Shown: one piece after another, positions 1 through 4,389 of the stretch
Numbering within the stretch: position 1 is the stretch's first letter
Layout of the letters: every line of letters starts with the position of its first letter
IMG/VR virus record: IMGVR_UViG_2713896905_000006
From: a virus
Taxonomy: Duplodnaviria; Heunggongvirae; Uroviricota; Caudoviricetes
Length of the DNA stretch: 4,389 bases
Strand: one strand, 5' to 3'
Position numbers and translations under genes: made by a program
The notes under the pieces: model-generated
Databases searched by the model: none
The model's input: the letters and a program-made list of their open reading frames with translations, nothing else
Told to the model about the DNA's origin: nothing

Positions 1-169
1 ACAAGACAGAAGCAATAAATCTCCAGTCCGTTCTGCTTATCTTCGATTCATGACAGCCAATCATCTTTGCCAGACCTCGCTGGGTAATCGCTGACAGGTT
101 GATGAGTAAATCTGTTTCTGCGCGATCAACGTCGCGCTGTGATAGTTTGCTGTAACTTGTTCTTTCCAT
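1..169 (-). CDS. cII: CII-family transcriptional activator, N-terminal part (3' end cut by window edge)
   Basis: Minus-strand reading frame from ATG (complement of cat at 167-169), open to position 1, not in the ORF track because it is under 60 codons. Translation MERTSYSKLSQRDVDRAETDLLINLSAITQRGLAKMIGCHESKISRTDWRFIASVL. The segment IGCHESKISRTDWRF resembles lambda CII VGVDKSQISRWKRDW as I recall it. Position downstream of cro and nutR matches lambdoid order. Clearly divergent from lambda CII. Confidence 0.6.
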   Translation of the reverse strand, partial: MERTSYSKLSQRDVDRAETDLLINLSAITQRGLAKMIGCHESKISRTDWRFIASVL

Positions 170-179
170 TTCTTAAGAT
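147..179 (+). promoter_or_regulatory. pRE-like establishment promoter with CII-type direct repeat (TTGC-N6-TTGT) and candidate -10 taagat
   Basis: ttgc (147-150), 6-nt spacer, ttgt (157-160), then 13 nt to taagat (174-179). Lambda pRE has TTGC-N6-TTGC and, as I recall, the same 13-nt spacing to its -10. It lies inside the start of the cII-like gene and points toward cro/cI on the + strand, as in lambda. Confidence 0.4.
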
Positions 180-254
180 TTCCAATAGTGAATAGTTAGT
201 TGACTGGTATGCGTGGAAACGCATATGGCCTGAGTTGGTCAGATATCTTGGGGC

Positions 255-301
255 TCGCTTTTCAGCGACGTAGGACGAATGTCCGTTGTTACAAAGAGCG
301 G
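255..301 (-). promoter_or_regulatory. nutR-like N-utilisation site (boxA, spacer hairpin, boxB)
   Basis: Minus-strand sense reads CGCTCTTTG (boxA-like, complement of 293-301), a small hairpin GGAC-ATTC-GTCC (complement of 273-284), then TCGCT-GAAA-AGCGA hairpin (boxB-like, complement of 255-268). Located between cro stop and the cII start, as lambda nutR is. Confidence 0.5.
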
Positions 302-307
302 GGTTAC

Positions 308-517
<210 letters not shown>

Positions 518-532
518 TTAGTACATACAGTC

Positions 533-602
533 ATTATCACCGCCAGAGGTAAAAGAGTCAACATCCGCGGTGTTAGATATTTATCCCCTGCGGTGATAGA
601 TT
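533..602. promoter_or_regulatory. Right operator region: OR1 (535-551), OR2 (559-575), OR3 (582-598) with divergent promoters pR (toward cro) and pRM (toward cI)
   Basis: Three 17-bp sites: tatcaccgccagaggta, caacatccgcggtgtta, tatcccctgcggtgata. pR on minus strand: -35 TTGACT (complement of 556-561), -10 GATAAT (complement of 533-538), 17-bp spacer. pRM on plus strand: -35 tagata (574-579), -10 tagatt (597-602), 17-bp spacer, with the cI ATG at 609 giving a leaderless-type arrangement. OR1 matches lambda as recalled; OR2 and OR3 differ slightly. Confidence 0.85.
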
Positions 603-605
603 TAA

Positions 606-1322
<717 letters not shown>

Positions 1323-1408
1323 CACGAAATAAACGTCCGACAAGCACAGCAGCCAATACCTAAAAACAATATTTTGCCGAATATTCAGTTCGTTATAAAG
1401 GTTAAGCA

Positions 1409-1987
1409 TTGAGTATACCAACTGTCTCTCTATGGAATGAGATGGGGTTAATCCCCCCAATAGACGAGGCTGATCCTACAAGCCATACTCGTTCCCCATA
1501 CAAAATGGATATAGTACGCTTTGTTAGTACTTTTTCGCTTAGCCCTGCAAGGATTAAAATCCTTAAGGGTTTTCTTAACTTTCGTGTTTCACTCACTCAA
1601 GCAGGGCTAGTTGAAGGTTTTCAGTGGGTAGATGGAAGCTTCACAGAACATATTGAACTTATTGAAAAAAGGCCACCGAATGATGTCGATGTTGTGACCT
1701 TTTTTCAATTCAGTAATGGCGATAATGATGCAATCGTAATCGGTAGAAAGCCAGAGCTATTTGATCATGATTTTGTTAAGAAGGAGTTTTTCGTAGATTC
1801 CTACTTCCAAGAACTTAATCTACCAAGTCATGAGCTTGTTGAAATGACTGTATATTGGTACAGTATGTGGGCACATAGACGCGATCTGTCGTGGAAGGGA
1901 TTTATCCAAATCCCGTTAAACCCACAACTTGATGTTGTGGCAATGACTATACTTAATTCGGCTACTACTGAGGGGGTCAAACAATGA
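1409..1987 (+). CDS. Hypothetical protein, cargo gene 1 of 2 in the rexAB slot; possible nucleotidyltransferase-fold protein
   Basis: 192-codon ORF beginning at TTG 1409 with AAAGG (1397-1401) 7 nt upstream. Alternative in-frame ATG starts at 1442 and 1505. Contains G-S (nt 1634-1639) followed 14 residues later by D-V-D-V-V (nt 1682-1696), the pattern of minimal Pol-beta-type nucleotidyltransferases. Stop TGA overlaps the start of the next gene. No similarity to lambda RexA or RexB that I can recognise. Confidence 0.6.
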   Translation: MSIPTVSLWNEMGLIPPIDEADPTSHTRSPYKMDIVRFVSTFSLSPARIKILKGFLNFRVSLTQAGLVEGFQWVDGSFTEHIELIEKRPPNDVDVVTFFQFSNGDNDAIVIGRKPELFDHDFVKKEFFVDSYFQELNLPSHELVEMTVYWYSMWAHRRDLSWKGFIQIPLNPQLDVVAMTILNSATTEGVKQ

Positions 1988-2913
1988 ATCGTAATGATTA
2001 TGTTTTCGCTCTCAGTGAGCGCGAGCAAATAAGTAATCTATTAAAAAATATGCCAACAAGTCATTCTATTAGCCGAAAAAGCTTAGAAGACCGTCTGGAG
2101 AAAGTTGAGCGATTAATTTCACAAGCTGACGTTCGAGAACATGAACCTACGCATGCTGTGTTAACTTTTAGAGGCCCAACAGTAGTTGGCACGCATGGCA
2201 TTTCAGCAGTATTTGGAACAAAAGCTATATCTTGTTTTAATGATGCAATAGCTTACTTGGCAACCTCTTTCAATGGCCCACTTCCTGCATCAGGCAAGAT
2301 ACCAAACATAGAAAATAATCATCTCATGATTACCGCGTCAGCCCGTGGTTCTTTCGGATTCGTACTTGAAGAGTTTAGACCTGATGCTCCTCTTGAATTC
2401 GATGAAGAAACCCCAGTAGCAAAAGCTATTAATAAGGCCAGAAAAATATTTCAGGCAAGCTTGGATAATGATGATGAAGAATTGTCTGATGCTATAGAAA
2501 ACTTAGACTCTCGGGCCTTAGATAAAATCAGAGCATTCATTCATTATCTGCATGAAAATAAAACAGTTTTTACACTTAAAAGCCAAGGTTTTAGCATCGT
2601 TTTTAGAGAGCCAAAACAGCTTGAAGCTGTATATCAACATCTCAGCAATGATAACATTCAGCAGGAAAAAATTATTGAGAACGTTATATTTTTGGGAACT
2701 CTTCCTAACAAGCGCCAATGTGAATTTATAGTTTTAGGTAACACTGATATCAGAACCGCTAGCATTGACAAAGCTGTAGATGACCCAGATATTATAAACA
2801 AGCACTTAGGAAGCGTTGCAACAGCCACGTTCCTGAAAAAAACTGTTGGTAAGGGCAAGCCCAGATACACTCTGGTTTCTCGACCTCAATGGGATATTAA
2901 ATCAATCGATTAG
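1984..2913 (+). CDS. Hypothetical protein, cargo gene 2 of 2 in the rexAB slot; no recognisable domain
   Basis: 309-aa ORF, ATG at 1984 overlapping the upstream stop (caaacaATGAatcg), implying translational coupling. No transmembrane-length hydrophobic stretch. Acidic segment DNDDEELSDAIENLDSRALD. Followed immediately by an intrinsic terminator. Confidence 0.75.
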   Translation: MNRNDYVFALSEREQISNLLKNMPTSHSISRKSLEDRLEKVERLISQADVREHEPTHAVLTFRGPTVVGTHGISAVFGTKAISCFNDAIAYLATSFNGPLPASGKIPNIENNHLMITASARGSFGFVLEEFRPDAPLEFDEETPVAKAINKARKIFQASLDNDDEELSDAIENLDSRALDKIRAFIHYLHENKTVFTLKSQGFSIVFREPKQLEAVYQHLSNDNIQQEKIIENVIFLGTLPNKRQCEFIVLGNTDIRTASIDKAVDDPDIINKHLGSVATATFLKKTVGKGKPRYTLVSRPQWDIKSID

Positions 2914-2926
2914 AATGAGCCCCTTC

Positions 2927-2955
2927 AGCCCGGCCTCCGCGCCGGGTTTTCTTTT
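2927..2955 (+). terminator. Rho-independent terminator ending the cI / cargo operon
   Basis: GC-rich stem cccggc (2929-2934) / gccggg (2941-2946) with loop ctccgc, followed by ttttctttt (2947-2955). T-run is on the + strand side only. Lies 14 nt after the ORF2 stop. Confidence 0.7.
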
Positions 2956-3105
2956 ACCATCAGTCCGTCAAAAACACACCTAACGAATTGTATTTATTGA
3001 ATAAATATAAATCACACTTATCACATTGCGCAATTCAGCTCCTACACATCCAGACTAGCTCTGCAAAACTTTAAAAAAATAAATCAATAGTAAAAACATG
3101 CACAT

Positions 3106-3168
3106 AACCATTTGCGGTAATATTTTATCTCTAGCGGTGTTGACGAAAATACCTCCGGCGGTGATACT
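3106..3168 (+). promoter_or_regulatory. Left operator region OL3 (3106-3122), OL2 (3126-3142), OL1 (3150-3166) with promoter pL
   Basis: Three 17-bp sites aaccatttgcggtaata, tatctctagcggtgttg, tacctccggcggtgata, the same family as the OR sites. pL -35 ttgacg (3140-3145), 17-bp spacer, -10 gatact (3163-3168). Near-identical to lambda oL/pL as recalled. Directs + strand transcription into nutL and N. Confidence 0.85.
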
Positions 3169-3214
3169 AAACACATCAGCAGGACGCTGGAAGCTAAATG
3201 GAACAGACTGGCAG

Positions 3215-3259
3215 GCTCTTTAAACAACGTCGACTCTCGACTACGTGGCTGAAAAGCCA
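3215..3259 (+). promoter_or_regulatory. nutL-like N-utilisation site (boxA, spacer hairpin, boxB)
   Basis: GCTCTTTAA (3215-3223, boxA-like), hairpin gtcga-ctc-tcgac (3229-3241), tacg, then tggct-gaaa-agcca hairpin (3246-3259, boxB-like). Lies in the pL leader upstream of N. Parallel architecture to the nutR copy. Confidence 0.55.
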
Positions 3260-3357
3260 GATCACCCAACCACATAAGCTGTGGGATGCAATGCCGAAGC
3301 AACCGTCTCAGGAGGAGCTTCGAGATTGCATCGCCAAAGTTTATTCGGGAGGAATCT

Positions 3358-3630
3358 ATGTCCAGAAAAACAGAATTTAAAGGCACCGCAGCTTCTCGCC
3401 GTAGAGCTCGTCGCGCAAATCTGCAAAGTCAGGAGGCGATTAGCTCCGACAAGCTACACAGGCCAACCCCTTCACGAGTGGTCTTGCAATGCAAGCGCAA
3501 ACCAGCAATGAGAGCAGAAGTTATAACTCTGACAACGTTGACCAGAAAATATGAAGGTTCAACTTGTCTTCCGAACGTAGCTCTTTACGCGGCAGGCTAC
3601 CGGAAATCAAAACAACTGACAGCGAGGTAA
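3358..3630 (+). CDS. N: N-family transcription antiterminator (arginine-rich motif; phage 21 N / P22 gp24-like)
   Basis: 90-aa product MSRKTEFKGTAASRRRARRANLQ...ALYAAGYRKSKQLTAR. Strong ribosome-binding site gggagga 5-8 nt upstream of ATG 3358. Arginine-rich N-terminus typical of N proteins. The N-terminus resembles phage 21 N and the C-terminus resembles P22 gp24, both from memory. First gene after pL/nutL, as expected. The upstream in-frame ATG at 3286 has no ribosome-binding site and is rejected as the start. Confidence 0.8.
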   Translation: MSRKTEFKGTAASRRRARRANLQSQEAISSDKLHRPTPSRVVLQCKRKPAMRAEVITLTTLTRKYEGSTCLPNVALYAAGYRKSKQLTAR

Positions 3631-3688
3631 CCTGCACTGTTCGCCAGAAAATGAAATTAGGCAGCAAACCACTTATTTGAGGTGATAT

Positions 3689-4138
3689 ATGGAAGAACAG
3701 GCAAATAAGATTCTCATAGAACTATTGCAAAAAGCCAGTAATGGAATAGACGCGGCTGTCTCATTTAGCCAGGCACAGATTCCTGATGTTGTTCATCAGT
3801 TACTGCTATGGAATATGGTTGACAGTCTGATTAAAACATTAATAGCCATTTTAACAATCCCGCTGGTTTTCTGGTTTATGAAGAAACAGTGCCAAAAAGT
3901 TGAAATTGGTAAGTTCGATGATGAAGGATGGTCATGGGATAAGGGGAAGACTAAATACAAACCGACTATGATTTGGGAAAGTAACTGTGAGATTAGTTTT
4001 CTAATCTTACCATTAGCTGCAGTTTTTGTTCTGTGGGTAAGTTTTATTATTGCTGTAGTAACCAATATGACTTGGTTAAAAATTTGGCTGGCCCCAAAGC
4101 TTTACCTTATCGAATATGCAGCATCATTGGTTAAGTAA
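3689..4138 (+). CDS. Hypothetical small membrane protein with two predicted transmembrane helices
   Basis: 149-aa ORF with ribosome-binding site gaggtga (3679-3685) before ATG 3689. Two hydrophobic segments, LIKTLIAILTIPLVFWFM and ISFLILPLAAVFVLWVSFIIAVV. Sits in the early-left operon directly downstream of N, where lambdoid phages carry accessory and exclusion genes. Not recognised by me as a named protein. Confidence 0.65.
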   Translation: MEEQANKILIELLQKASNGIDAAVSFSQAQIPDVVHQLLLWNMVDSLIKTLIAILTIPLVFWFMKKQCQKVEIGKFDDEGWSWDKGKTKYKPTMIWESNCEISFLILPLAAVFVLWVSFIIAVVTNMTWLKIWLAPKLYLIEYAASLVK

Positions 4139-4142
4139 TTTT

Positions 4143-4168
4143 AGGCCGCATAGTCGGCCTTTATTTTT
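4143..4168 (+). terminator. Rho-independent terminator-like hairpin after the membrane protein gene
   Basis: Stem aggccg (4143-4148) / cggcct (4155-4160), loop catagt, followed by ttattttt (4161-4168). Begins 5 nt after the stop codon. Would be read through under N antitermination. Confidence 0.55.
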
Positions 4169-4287
4169 GGCATAAACAACAGAATAAACACTGCACTGTG
4201 CATTCATTCCAACGAGTGAATACACGGAGAAATGTCGCTCATAATTAAACAGGAGCCGACTTGTTCTGATTATTGGAAATCTTCTTT

Positions 4288-4314
4288 GCCCTCCGATGTG
4301 AGGGCAATTTTTTA
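4288..4314 (+). terminator. Second terminator-like hairpin upstream of the next ORF
   Basis: Stem gccctc (4288-4293) / gagggc (4300-4305), loop cgatgt, followed by aatttttta (4306-4314). Confidence 0.4.
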
Positions 4315-4333
4315 TCTATGAGGATATGAATAG

Positions 4334-4389
4334 ATGTCAAACATCAAAAAATACATCATTGATTACGACTGGAAAGCATCAATAGAAAT
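4334..4389 (+). CDS. Hypothetical protein, N-terminal fragment (3' end cut by window edge)
   Basis: ATG at 4334 preceded by gagga (4319-4323). Open frame MSNIKKYIIDYDWKASIE runs to the window end. Too short to assign. Confidence 0.3.
   Translation, partial: MSNIKKYIIDYDWKASIE

Noticed and set aside
2530-2553. Possible HEPN-like R-x6-H motif (RAFIHYLH) in cargo gene 2, which would make the pair a nucleotidyltransferase/HEPN module
   Set aside because: The motif is too short and degenerate to call without profile or structural support; kept only as a hypothesis to test.
1828-2870. Three minus-strand ORFs (1828-2028, 2518-2718, 2658-2870) inside the cargo genes
   Set aside because: Short antisense ORFs wholly within the longer + strand genes; AT-rich sequence generates such frames by chance.
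1409-2913. Cargo as divergent rexA-rexB
   Set aside because: Sizes and order (192 aa then 309 aa) and the absence of a multi-pass membrane partner do not fit RexA/RexB; no sequence resemblance I can recognise.
3286-3357. Longer 114-aa form of N starting at ATG 3286
   Set aside because: No ribosome-binding site at 3286, while ATG 3358 has gggagga upstream and the N-family similarity begins there; the extension is probably untranslated leader.
3198-3380. 60-aa + strand ORF in the pL leader
   Set aside because: Overlaps nutL and the N ribosome-binding site in another frame, with no Shine-Dalgarno of its own.
3084-3386. 100-aa minus-strand ORF across OL/pL and nutL
   Set aside because: Overlaps the operator, promoter and nut site and is antisense to the N start; inconsistent with the regulatory architecture.
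3281-3511. 76-aa + strand ORF in an alternate frame over N
   Set aside because: Out-of-frame overlap with N, which has a strong ribosome-binding site and the expected arginine-rich motif.
3796-4065. 89-aa minus-strand ORF
   Set aside because: Antisense within the 149-aa membrane protein gene, which has a good ribosome-binding site and fits the operon direction from pL.

Overview
This window is the immunity region of a lambda-like prophage, inverted relative to the conventional lambda map. Order along the + strand: start of a cII-family gene (minus strand, cut by the window edge) with a pRE-like site, nutR, cro (minus), OR1-OR3 with pR and pRM, cI (plus), a two-gene cargo cassette (192 aa and 309 aa, overlapping by ATGA) in the slot where lambda carries rexA-rexB, an intrinsic terminator, OL3-OL1 with pL, nutL, an N-family antiterminator, a 149-aa membrane protein with two hydrophobic segments, terminator hairpins, and the start of a further ORF. 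The main lead is the uncharacterised two-gene cassette in the rexAB slot: it looks co-transcribed with the repressor, does not resemble RexA/RexB in architecture, and its first gene carries a nucleotidyltransferase-like G-S...D-x-D motif. All similarity statements come from my memory of reference phage sequences, not from a database search, and no GC content or alignment statistics were computed.
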